From NCBI RefSeq assembly GCF_004010195.1, contig NC_057751.1:8871611-8935610 (forward strand): a stretch of DNA of 64,000 nt. Reading direction: 5' to 3'. Below the pieces are notes generated by a model that had not been told where the DNA came from, did no database searches, and saw only the letters and a program-made list of their open reading frames with translations. Origin of the DNA: Chiloscyllium plagiosum. Its lineage: Eukaryota. The translations under genes and the position numbers were made by a program. Shown here piece after piece: positions 52,060-64,000 of the stretch; position 1 is the first letter of the stretch, and every line of letters starts with the position of its first letter.

Positions 52060-53955
52060 TGAGGCTTTGACCAGAAAAAGGAGGTATGGCTCAGGTACAG
52101 GCAGCTGGAATCAAGGGAATCCCTGGAAGTATATAGGGGGATACTGAAGAAGGAAATCAGGAGGTCAAGAAGGGGGCATGAGATAGCTTTGGCTGAGAAG
52201 ATTAGGGTGAATCCGAAGAGGTTCTTTAAGTATATTAAAGGAAAAAGAATAACTAGAGAGAGAATTGGACCCCTCAGGGACCAAAAAAGTGTAAAACTGC
52301 AAAAGATGGGTGAAGCCCTCAATGAATATTTCTCCTCTGTGCAGTGCAGAAAGACATGAAGATTTGGGAACTTGGAGAAGTTAGTGGTGATATCTTGGGG
52401 ACTGTCCATATCACAGTAGAGGTGTTGTTGGAAGTATTATAATGTATGAAGGTGGATAAATCCACTGGTCCTAACCAGATATATTCAAGAACACCGCAAC
52501 AGGATGGAAAAGAGATTGCCGGGGCCCTGGCTCATATTTTTGCATCATCATTAGCCATGGGTGAAGTCCTGGAAGACTGGAAGGTAGTGAAAGTAGTGCC
52601 CTTATTCAAGAAGGGCTGCAAAGACAAACCTGGGAAGTATAGACTAGTAAGCTTAACATCAGTGGTAGGTAAGTTACTTGAGAAGATTCTGAGATAAGAT
52701 ACACATGCATTTGGAAAGACAGGATTTGATTAGGAATAGTCAGCATGGCTTTGTGTATGGGGGATCATGCCTTACAAATTTGTTAAGAGTTCTTTGATGA
52801 AATGAACAGGAAGGTTGACGAGGGCAGGGCATAGTCTATCTGGATTTCCGTTAGGCCTTTGATTAAGTTCGATGTGGTAGGCTGCTCTGGAAGGTTATCC
52901 AGGGGGAGCTGGCAAATTGGATACACAATTGGTTTGATGGTAGGAAGCAAAGGGTAATAGTGGAAGGATGCTTGCTGGAATGGAGGTCTGTGACTAGTGG
53001 AGTGCCTCAGGGGTCGGAACTGGGCCCATTGCTGTTTGTTATCGAAATCAATGATTTGGATGAAAATGTTCAAGGCATGATTCATCAGTTTGCAGATGAC
53101 AATAAAATAGGAGGTATCGTGGATAATGAAGAAGGTTATCAGAAATTGCAGCAGGACTTTGATCAGCTGGGGAAGTGGGCTGAGAAATGGCAAATGGAGT
53201 TTAATACAGCTAAGTGTGAGGTCTTGCAATTTGGAAAGTTGGAGTTACATGGTGAAGGGCCTTTAGGAGTGTAGTGGAATAGAGGGACCTTGGAGTTCAG
53301 GTACGCAGTTGTCTGAAAGTGGAATCAGAGGGCTTTTGGCACACTGGTTTCATCAGTCAGGGCATTGAGTCTAGAAGTTGGAAAGTTATGTTGCAGTTAT
53401 ACAGGACATTGGTGAGTATTGGAGTACTTGGAGTATTGTGTTTCATTTTGGTCATCTTCCTATTGGAAGGATGTTGTTAAACTGAAAAGAGTGCAAAAGA
53501 AATTTATAAGGAGGTTGCCAGAACTCAAGGGTCTGAGTTGTAGGGACAGGCTGGACAAGTCAGGACTTTGCTCTTTGGAGCGTAAGAGACTGAAAGTGTA
53601 TAAGGTAATGAGAGGCATGGATAAGATGAATGCACTCAGTCTTTTCCCCAGCATTGGGGAATCAAGGATGTGACGGCTTCAGTTTAAGATTAAAGGAGAA
53701 AGAATAAAGGGGAACCTGAGGGACAACTTTTTTTTACAGAGGGTGGTATGCATATGGAATGAGCTGCCAGTGGAAGTGGTTGAGGTGTGTTCATTAACAA
53801 CATTTAAAAGGCACTTGGACAAATACAGGGACAGAAAAGGTTCAGAAGAATATGGGCCAAGTGCAGTGAAATGAGGTTAGTGTTGATGGACATTATGGTC
53901 AGCATGGAACAGCCTGGGCCAAAGGGCCTGTCTCTGTGTTGTAGGACTCTATGAT
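52060..53955 (+). mobile_element. CR1 ORF2 3' half
   Basis: KPGKYRLVSLTSVVGKLLE, GVPQGSELGP, FADDNKIGG, CR1 tail. Confidence 0.9.
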
Positions 53956-56900
53956 GGCTCAGTTATGAAATAGAATCAGCTTGTCTGATGTTGAGCTACA
54001 CAATTTTGAAAGTGCCCCACTGTAATCCATGCTGAATCAGTCGATTTTGGATGAGGCATCAATGTAGGCATGATCATACTGGCATCAGTCCTCAAATCCA
54101 CTGAGAAAGCAATTCATCTTGGGTTCCTCCTCCTAATCACTGTCTATTAATTCCTGCTGAATGTGCAAGTGTACGTGTTCTCAGGAGTCATTAAGTGGAG
54201 AATCAGGCTTGGTCATAATGGGTGCTGGAAGCAGATTTGTAAATGAAGGTAGTTTAGATTCACATTAGAAGAGCAACCACTTGGGCGAGACATCACAGGT
54301 GTGGAAAGGTACACCTCTTCTCAACAAAACACTGGGAGCAAACTTCAGAAAAACAAATACAAAGGGCAAAGTGTATTCTTGGAATCAAGAAAACACAAGT
54401 GAATATTACGCCACACCTCCACTGTGCCCCCACAGCTACACATCAGGTCATATTGTGAAAATCAAAAATTATAATTCACAGGTGCAAAACAACACATAAC
54501 AATGGGAGGCAGTGTTGCAGAACTTATTGGTGGCATGTCATTGCCAGTCAGGTGTTATGCGCCCAAAGAACAAACACAGCAACGTCTATTCTCCAGGGGA
54601 GGACCTGTGTCAGATGCTGTGAGGCAGACTGGTGTCTGAAATTCACATTTGGTTTGGATCCAGGATGACATTTCACAGAGCTTTCACTTCCCCATTTGTC
54701 AGAAGGACCGTTTCAGTTTCACAATACAATGTGCAACACATTTTTTAGGAGGGTCCACAACACGCTGACCAATTTTTTGTATTTATTCATGGGATGTGGG
54801 CATCACTGACATGCTATCATTTATTGCCCATCTTGAACAGTCCAGAGGGCAGTTAGGAGTCAGCCACATTGCTGTGAACATGGAGTCACATGTAGGCCAG
54901 ACCAGGTTAGCATAGTGGATTTCCAACCGTGGAGGACAATAATAAACCAGTTTTACAGCAATTGACAGGGCAAATATAGTTACCATGAGAGTGGTGTTTT
55001 AATTTCCTGAGATTTTTGTTCAATCCACATTTCACCATCTGCCACAGTGGTATTTGAATCCATGTCCCTAGAACATTAGTCTGAAGTCTGGATTACTTGC
55101 CCAGTGTCATTAACATGGCACCACCATTTCCATCAGTTGTCACCTCAAAGTTCGATGGATGCCTTCTGGCAAAATCTTCACTGCCTCTGTGTATTATTTG
55201 ACTATGTGTATTGTTTTGTTACTTCTAGACTTTGGGCATAAGCATCTTTCCATAGTTCAGGGCAGTGTCTGGCTGGCACTCCAGTACTGAGGTGCTGCAT
55301 CATTAGTGTGTCATCCTTCAGATGAAATGTTGACCCAAAGCTCTGTCTGCTTGGTGCAATAGTTCAGATGAAATGGTAAATTCCCACAACATGATTTAAA
55401 GAGCAGCAACATGTTCTTTTGGTAAAGTGGCCAATATTCTTCACTGAACTGACATCACCAAAGCAGTCACCAAACCTTAATGTGGAGTTTGTGCAGCTTT
55501 GATGTTTGCAGTGCGAGAATCATCGAGGTTCACAGCACAGAAAATGGCCCTGCTGCCCATTGAGTCCGTATCAGGTAAAAACAACCACCTAAATATTTTA
55601 ATCTCATTTGCAAATTGGCAATTGCATTTCCTAACATCACAACATCTGTTGTGTTTAAAGATGAAACACTGTCAGAAGTATGTTAAGGTGGTTCTGAGGG
55701 ATATTGTAAGGAGGTACAGATTTTTTTTTTAAATAAGGTATGACTGTGGGGTGTACCATTTGATTTGCACTGATAATGAAATGGCAGGGACTAAGAAATG
55801 GCATGAGGTTGAGTCCCTGACTATTGCATACTGGTTTTAGTGGCTAAACCTTCAAAAAGGGGCGAATTTGGTACAAATTTGTCACCCAAAACAGGTGAGA
55901 GCTTCCTTTACATACTTCAAGCAGGGACGGGGGTTGTACCACTTTCAGGATTGCAGTGATTTTGGTCAGTGATGCTGCATTAAACCCATGGGAATCTGGT
56001 GGGAAGGGAGGCCTTGGGTGCACTGCAGGTTAGACGGTCCTTTAAGAGGTTTCCAGAACTTCCACTTAAGTATTTCAGGCCACTTGTGGAACTTCTTCTT
56101 TGTTTTACATTCAGTGTCAAATTATAGCATTTATTCAAATTTATCTCCGCTGTACCCCATGTTTTATTTATTGCATTAGAGAATTGACTATCACTGATCT
56201 TCCAACCTTATGTGCTGAAATGGAAGACTAAGTTGCATCAGACTGGGCAGGCTGTTTGAGAAAAAATTGAATTTAGTTTGAGGGGTGTCCCCTTTAGTTT
56301 GAGAGATATCCTATGATCAAGCTCTACAGTTTCAAACAAGGAGTGGTCCTGGACTCCACCACTTCTTGTCTGGTGATCTCCTCTCCTTCATTTTGGCCCA
56401 CTTCTTCTTAATCTCCAACCCAACTGGCCATGGCAAAGAATCCTGATGGGTTTGAGATCAAGCAAACCCTCAACAGAAATTAATGAGAACTTCTGTTCTC
56501 TTTTTTTTGACACTCTTTAAAATCTTTTCCATCTCTATGAATAAGTCTTACACAAGTTCTTCAAATGAATGAAAATTGAGTTCCAAATGTCAGCTCTAAT
56601 TCAATGGCCATAGAGACATATTTGCAAATCCCATAAACAATGTCAATATTCCAGTACTGTTCAGAGAGGGAGTTTTGGACTTTTACAGGTAAATTGTTTG
56701 GAATGAGATGTTCAACTGAGGCCAATTTTGTCCTTTCAGGTGAATGTAAAAGTGCAGAAAACGGGAAAGTGGAGGGCAACAAAAAAGGAGGAGAAAGGAT
56801 GATGGGAAGAGGTTTGGGAAAAATGGAAATCAGGATTTCTGGGTAAAGAGGAGAAGTGCTATACGCAGCTAATCGTTGTTCCTGCTATACATGTCCAGCC

Positions 56901-57394
56901 TGTTTCTCACACACCAAATATGCCCAATTAAAAATAGAATATGGGAAATGGGTATAAGGTCTTATTGTAATTTGGTAGTTCCCTACCTCTGAGCCACGCT
57001 CAAGTCCCACTTGCCCCAGAGATGTGTCACGGTGTATACGAACAGGGTGATTAAAGATGTGTTCAGAAGATTGGTGGCTGCACGCTATCAGACTAGAGGT
57101 TGCTAGTCCTCAGTACCAGAATACAGGAGTAGTAAAGGCAATTCCCCGAGAGACCACATATTTGTCTTCCTACCTTCTTCGAATAGATTCAGTGTTATGA
57201 CTGAAGTGGTTTGGGACAATGTAGGATCAGCTCTAACCCTGTGCTCTACCTGTCCTGGGACCATTTGATAGGGCCTGTGTAGACAGGACTTTACTTTCAG
57301 TTTAAAAAAGTAGCGAAAGTTTTAACATTCAGATTAAGATAGTGGAGGGGGCTTTACTCCAACATTGCCCATAAAATTATCTACTGCTCTGTCG

Positions 57395-58515
57395 TCATCG
57401 TTGTCTACATGGATTTTAGTAAAGCTTTGACATGGTTCTGTATGGTAGACTAATTCGTAAAGTTAGATCACATGGGATTCAGGGAGAGCTTGATGGTAGG
57501 AGACAGAAGATGGTGGTTGAGGGTATTTTTTTTGGACTGGCCTGTGACCAGTGGTATTCCACAGTGGGCGGAGCTGAGTCCACTTTTGTTTGTCATTTAC
57601 ATAATCCATTTGATAAAGAATTTCGGAAGCAAGTAAGTTTGTCAATGACACCAAATTGGTAGTATAATAGACAGTGAGAAAGGTTATCTGAGGGATCTTG
57701 ATCATTAGGGGCAATGGGCTGAGGAGTAGCAGGTGAAGTTTAATTTGGATAAATATGTGCGATAGCATTTTGATAAAACAAACAAGGCCAGGACTTGGAC
57801 AATTTCTGGTAGGGCCCTGGGTAGTGTTGTTGAACAGAGAGACCTATGGGTTCAGGTACACAGTTCTTTGAAAGTTGCATCACAGGTAGACGGGGTGATT
57901 AAAAAGGCATTTAGCACGCTTGCCTTCATTGAATAGACCATGGAGTATATTAACTGGAATGTCAAGAGGCTGTGCTGTATGTTGATGAGGCCATTTTTGA
58001 AATACAGTTCTAGTTGCCCTTCGATGGAAAGGGCATCATTAAATTGGAGAGGATCCAGAAAAGATTTACCAGGATATTGCTGGGACTGGTGAGTTTGAGT
58101 TGTAGGATAGGTTGGATAGGCTGAGACTTTTTACTGGAATGTAGGAAGTTGAGGGGTGACCTTGCAGAGGCTTGTAAAATCATGAGGGACATAGATAAGG
58201 TGAATAGCAAATGTCTTTTCCTCAAGGTGCGGGAATTCAAAACTAGAAAGCATGTTTTTGAAGTGAGAGGAGAAAGATCTGAAAGGGACCTGGGGGTAAT
58301 TTTTTCACACTCAGAGTGGTTCATATAGAGAATGAACTGCCAGAGGAAGTGGTAGATGCAGGTACAGTTACAACATGTAAAAGACATTTGGATAAGTACA
58401 TGAATCATAAAGGTTTAGACGGGCATGGTCCAAACACAGACAAGTTGGACTATTTAGTTGATAAGGATGAGTTGGACCAAAGAGTCTGCTTTTGTGCTGC
58501 ATGACTCAATGACTG
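57395..58515 (+). mobile_element. CR1 RT/3' end
   Basis: YMDFSKAFD-type motif and CR1 3' end. Confidence 0.85.
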
Positions 58516-58654
58516 TTTGTCTCCCTTTTCAAATCTTCTGTAATGTTCCAGATGTGTGTCCATTTGGTTTGTTACCCTTCTGTCTTCTACAGAAGAAAAA
58601 CTGAGCCTTTTCAGCCTGTGTATGAAAGTAAGTAACCACAGGCTGAATCATTTT

Positions 58655-58978
58655 GTTGGGACATGGGACAACACATCCACCTTAGGACAACCCAAACAGA
58701 GAGACGCATGAGAATTCCTAGAAGTATGGCATTCCAACCAGAACTCTATCAACAAACACATCGAGTTAGGCCCCATCTACCACCCCGTGAGAAAAAGAAC
58801 AGGAAATGACATCACCACAGTAAATGACATCACCACAGGAAATACCATTACCAACCCAAAGAAACCCAAACATATAAATAGAAAGTAGGAATCATGTACA
58901 CAAGATGTTACCTAGTAGGATAACAAAATGTCTCGAAATGAACTTCCCAACTTCCCAGTGAGCAAACCTACATCCAGA
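58655..58978 (+). mobile_element. PLE family-B 3' fragment
   Basis: Matches 8580-8860 (GCATTCCAACC...AAATGACATCACCAC repeats). Confidence 0.75.
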
Positions 58979-61900
58979 GTGCAGAATATTCTCAAAGGGG
59001 AGTGGGACCAGCAGGAGGTTGTTGTACACATTGGAAATAACTACACAGGAAGGAAAAAGGCCAAGATTCTGAAGGGAGAACATAGGAAGTTAGGCACAAA
59101 TTGAAAAAGGAGGTCCTTGACGGGAGCAATACCTGGATTGCTCCAAGTGAGGGTAGGTTTATGAGGATAGAGCAAATGAATGAGTGGCTGAGGAGCTAGT
59201 GCAGGGGAGGAGGGTTCACATATTTGGATCATTGGAATCTCTTCTGGGGTAGACGTCACCTGTATAAGAAGGACAGATTGCACCTGAATTAGAAAGATAC
59301 ACTTGCAGGGAGATTTGCTCAAGCTGCTTGGGAGTATTTAAACTAGTGAGGTTGGGGGGAGGGGCGCCAGGGAAATAGTGAGGAAATTGATGAGTCTGAG
59401 ACTGATATAGTTGGGAAATGGAACAAATCAGTCAGGGAAGGCAGGAACAAAGCAGACAAATGAGGTCAGACTGATAAGTTAAACTGCATTTATTTCAAAT
59501 GCAAGAGGCCTAACAGGGAAGGCAGATGAACTCAGGGTATGGTTAGGAACATGGGATCAAGATATCTTAGCAGTTACAGAGACATGGCTCAGGGACGGAC
59601 AGGACGGGCAGCTTAATGTTTCAGAATACAAATGCTGTTGGAAGGTCAGAGAGGGGGGCAGGAGAGGAGGGGGTGTGGTGTTTTTGATAAGGAATAACAT
59701 TACCACAGTACTTCAGGAGGATATTCCTGGGAATACATCCGGGGAAGTTATTTGTATGAAACTGAGAAATAAGAAAGGGATGATTACTTTATTGGGATTG
59801 TACTATAGACCCCTCGATAGTCAGCAGGAAATTGAGAAACAAATTTGTAAGGAGATCTCAGTTATTTGTAAGAATAATAGGGTGGTTATGGTAGGGGATT
59901 TTAACTTTCCAAACATAGACTGGGACTGCCATAGTGTTAAGGGTTTAGATGGAGAGGAATTTGTTAAGAGTGTACAAGAAATTTTTCTGTTTCAGTATGC
60001 GGATGTACCTACGAGAGGAGGTGCAAAACTTGACCTACTCTTGGGAAATAAGGCAGGGCAGGTGACTGAGGTGTCAGTGGGCGAGCACGTTAGGACCAGC
60101 GACCATAATTCTAAAATAGTAATGGAAAAAGATAGACAGGATCTTAAGTTCTAAATTGGAGGAAGGCCACTTTTGACGGTATTAGGTAAGAACTTTCAAC
60201 GGTTGATTAGGGGCAGATGTTTGCAGGTAAAGGGAAGGCTGGAAAATGGGAAGTCTTCATAAATGAAATAGTGAGAGTCCACAAACAAGGATGTTCCTGT
60301 TAGGGTGAAAGGCAAGGCTGGTAAGTGCAGAGAATGCTGGATGATGAGAGAAATTGAGATCTTGGCCAAGAAAAAGATATTTCAGGTATGGACAGGAGGG
60401 ATTGAGTGAAGAGTATAAAGGCAGGAGGAATATACTTAAGAGGGCAATCAGGAGGGCAAAAAGGGGACATGAGATAGCTTTGGCAAATAGGGTTAAGGAG
60501 AATCCAAAAGGGATTTTATAAATACATTAAAGGACAAAAGGCTAACTAGGGAGAAAATAGGACCCTTCAAAGATCAGCAAGGCAGCCGATATGTGGATCC
60601 ACAGGAGATGGGGGAGACACTAAACTGCATCAATGTTTACTATGGAGAAGGAAATGGAAAATGCAGGAGGTGGGGAAATAGATATTGAAAAATGTCCATA
60701 TTACAGGGGAGGAGGTGCATAAAGGACGGATAAATCCCCAGGACCTGATCAGGTGTACCCGAGAACTCTATGGGAAGCGAGGGAAGTGATTGCTGGGCCT
60801 CTTGCTGAGATATTTGTATCATCGATAGTCACAGGTAAGGTGCCAGAAGACTGAAGGTTGGCTAACATGGTACCACTGTTTAAGAAGGGTAGTAAGGACA
60901 AGCCAGGGAATTATAGGCCAGTGAGACTGACGTCAGTAGTGAGCAAGTTGTTGGAAGGAATCCTGAGGGACAGGATGTGCATGTATTTGGAAAGGCAAGG
61001 ACTGATTAGGGATCGTCAACATGGCTTTGTGCATGGGAAATCAGGTCTCACAAACTTGATTGAGTTTTTTGAAAAAGTAACAAAGGAGGATTGATGAGGG
61101 CTGAGTAGTGGACGTGATCAATATGGACTTCAATAAGACGTTCAACAAGATTCCTCATGGTAGACTGGTGAGCAAGGTTAGATCGCATGGAATACAGGGA
61201 GAACTAACCATTTGGATACACAAGTGGCTCAAAATGTAGGAGAAAGTGAGGACTGCAGATGCTGGAGATCAGAGCTGAAAATGGGTTGCTGGAAAAGCGC
61301 AGCAGGTCAGGCAGCATCCAAGGAGCAAGAGAATCGATGTTTTGGGCATGAGCCTGAAGAAGGACTCATGCCCGAAATGTCGATTCTCCTGCTCATTGGA
61401 TGCTGCCTGACCTGCTGCGCTTTTCCAGCAACACATTTTCAGCTCAAAATGTAGAAGACAGAGGATTGCTTTTCAGACTGGAGGCCTGTGACCAGTGGTG
61501 TGCCTCAAGGATCAGTGCACTGCTTTTTGTCATTGATATAAACAATTTGGGTGTGAACATAGGAGGTACAGTTAGTAAGTTTGCAGATGACACCAAAATT
61601 GGAGGTGTAGTGAACAACGAAGAAGGTTACCTCAGAGTACAATGGGATCTTGACCAGATGGGCCAATGGGCCAAGGAGTGGCAGATGGAGTTTAATTTAG
61701 ATAAATGTGAGGTACTGCATTTTAGAAAGGCATATCAGGGCAAGACTTACCATCAAGTGTATAAGGTCCTTGGGCAAGTTGCTAAACAAAGACACCTTGG
61801 AGTGTCGGTTCATTAGAGTGGAGTCTCAGATAGATAGGACAGTGAAGAAGGCATTTAGCATGCCTTCCTTTATTGGTTAGAGCATTGATTATTGGAGTTG

Positions 61901-62440
61901 GGAGGTCATGTTGTGGCTGTAGAGACATTGGTTTGGCCATTTCTGGAATATTGTGAGCAATTCTGGTCTCCCATCTATAGGAAGGAAGTTGTGAAACTTC
62001 AAAGGGCTCAGAAAACATTTACAAGGATGTTGCCAGGGTTGGAGGGTTTGAGCTATAGGGAGATGCTGAATAAGCTGGGACTGTTTTCCCTGTAGCATTA
62101 GAGGCTTACAGAGGTTTATAAAATGATGAGGGGTATGGATAGGGTAAATAGAAAAGTTCTTTTCCCAGGGTTGGGGGAGTCCAGAACTAGAGGACATAGG
62201 TTTAGGGTAAGAGGGGAAAGATTTATTATGGATTGAAGGGGCAACTTTTCACTCAGAGGGTGGTGGGTGTATGGAATGAACTGCCGGAGGAAGTGGAGGA
62301 GATTGGTACAATTACAACATTTAGAGGGATATGTGCCAAGTGCTGGCAAATAGGCCTAGGTTAATTTTGGACATCTGGTTGGCATGGACCAGTTAGACTG
62401 AAGGGTCTGCTCCCATGTTTTACATCTCGATGACTCTATA
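58979..62440 (+). mobile_element. Long decayed CR1 (ORF1 C-terminus plus ORF2) containing a family-A hairpin (61240-61441)
   Basis: APE motifs (YYRP, VGDFNFP, SDHN) and RT motifs (PGNYRPV, FADDTKIGG). Hairpin TSD GCTCAAAATGTAG at 61227-61239 and 61442-61454. Confidence 0.9.
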
Positions 62441-62620
62441 TATTAGGTGGATTGGCCATGCAAAATTGTCCATAGTGTCCAGGCATGCGCAGGCGAGATA
62501 GATTAGCCAAGGGGAAGGCAGGGTTTCAGGGATGAGGTGGGGGAGTGGGTCTAGGTGGGATATTCTTCAGAGAGTCAGCGTGAAGTTGTTGAACTGAATG
62601 GCTTGTTTCCGCATTGCAGG
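62441..62620 (+). mobile_element. HE1-like SINE 3' half
   Basis: TTAGGTGGATTGGCCATGC...GGCTTGTTTCC. Confidence 0.7.
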
Positions 62621-62703
62621 AAGTCAATGAACTGCTAACTGATGCCACGTAAGTTTACTTTGACAGACCACATGGCTCTGCAAATGATGCAGCTTCTGGG
62701 GAG

Positions 62704-63480
62704 AATTGAATTGAATTGAATTGATTGTTACGTGTACTGAGGCACAGTGAAAAGCTTTGTTTTGCGAGCAATACAGGCAGATCACATAATTAAGTAGCAT
62801 AGATAAGTAAATAATAGGTAAACAGCAGCAAAAACACAGGTACAGGCGAATGCTCAGAGTTTGAGAGTCTATTCCGTATTCGAACAAGAGTAGGGTAGAA
62901 ACTGTTTCGAAACCGGCTGGTGCATGTGCTCAGGCTTCTTTTCCTTCTCTCTGATGGTAGAAATTGTCGAAAAACATTGTCAGGGTGGGATGGATTTTTG
63001 AGAACGCTGGCAGTCTTTCTTTGACAGCGGGCCTGGTAGATGGATTCTATGGATGGGAGGTTGGCCTTTGAGATTGTCCGGGCTGAGTTTACCACTCTCT
63101 GTAACAGTCTCTGATCTTGAATGGTACAGTTTCCATACCAGGTAGTGATACATCCAGACAGAATGCTCTCGATGGGACACCTGTAAAAGTTGGCAAGAGT
63201 ATCCGTCATGCAAAATTTCCTCAGCTGCCTGAGGAAGCAGGGAAGTTGTTGAGCCTTTGTAACCAGTGCTTCCATGTGAAGAGTCCAAGAAAGCTTGTTG
63301 TGGATGACCACTCCCAGGAGCTTGACACTTTCCACTTGTTCCACCTGTGTGCTGTTAATGTGCTTGAGTAACATCCCGCTGAAAGTCAATAATGAGTTCC
63401 TTGGTTTTGCTGGCATTGAGAACTGGATTGTTCTCAGTGCACCATTTTTCCAGGTCTTCTGTCGTCTGTTTCGTCACCAT
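62704..63480 (-). mobile_element. Rex1/Babar-type LINE 3' portion
   Basis: ORF remnant VESVKLLGV...LSWTLH...FYRCPIESILSGCITTWYGNC...LQRVVNSA...RFRNSFYP and an (TTCAA)n tail. Confidence 0.8.
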
Positions 63481-64000
63481 CTGAGATTTTCCCTCAAATC
63501 TTGGGTGGTCACGTGTGACTGGGCAGGTGTCCTCCAGTACAACCTCAGAAGCCAGAACAGCCTTGCTCTGCTATGATGGTAGTTGAACAAAGCAGGCTGC
63601 AAGTAGCAATATGAAATGGGATAATGCATTTGTAACTGTTGCATACTCACTGAGCAGGAATTCTGAGAAGAGCTAAGGAGGTGATGATGAAATATTAGAC
63701 ACAGTGAGAAAGCTTTACAAGTGATGTGGTGAGATATCTGGGAAGGAAAGTATACTGTTTGTTTGTCAAGATGTCTAAATCCTCTATCATCAATGGTGGG
63801 GGTGCAGGAAGAACACACGAGAAGAGATTTCAGAGGTAATGAGCCCAAAAGCACTTTGGCCGGAAGGCTGAACAAAAACTTGTGAACATAGATGAGGATT
63901 ATGAAATGCTTACGTGTCAGGGAAAAGGAGCAAGGCAAAGGGTGTTTCATAATGAAAAGACTTTCTTCAGTTATATACTCTTTTGAGAATACAAGAATGT

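Noticed and set aside
50785-64000. EBF2 exon 6 ([23 protein letters not shown]-like)
   Set aside because: Not found on reading; presumed beyond the window.

Overview
Vertebrate genomic DNA, most likely a shark. This is inferred from HE1/V-SINEs, abundant CR1 LINEs and the Penelope-like repeat families. Three protein-coding genes were read directly from spliced exons. PPP2R2A (PP2A B55-alpha) has its first two coding exons and CpG promoter on the minus strand at the window start. TMEM230 is complete on the minus strand (3 coding exons, 120 aa, missed by the ORF track). EBF2 has coding exons 1-5 on the plus strand from 41276 and continues beyond the window. The rest is mostly decayed retroelements: CR1, a second CR1/L2-group LINE, Rex1/Babar, tRNA-derived SINEs, Penelope-like elements (PLEs) and a solo LTR. 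A repeat-poor, CpG-rich domain of about 11 kb surrounds the EBF2 promoter. The most notable non-genic signal is a set of short fold-back insertions from three sequence-unrelated families. They share one architecture: an inverted repeat, an unpaired 31-39 nt tail and 11-16 bp target-site duplications (TSDs). One family carries minimal hammerhead-ribozyme cores. Gene and repeat identities come from recalled family sequences, not database searches, and most ORF-track entries are spurious or TE-derived.
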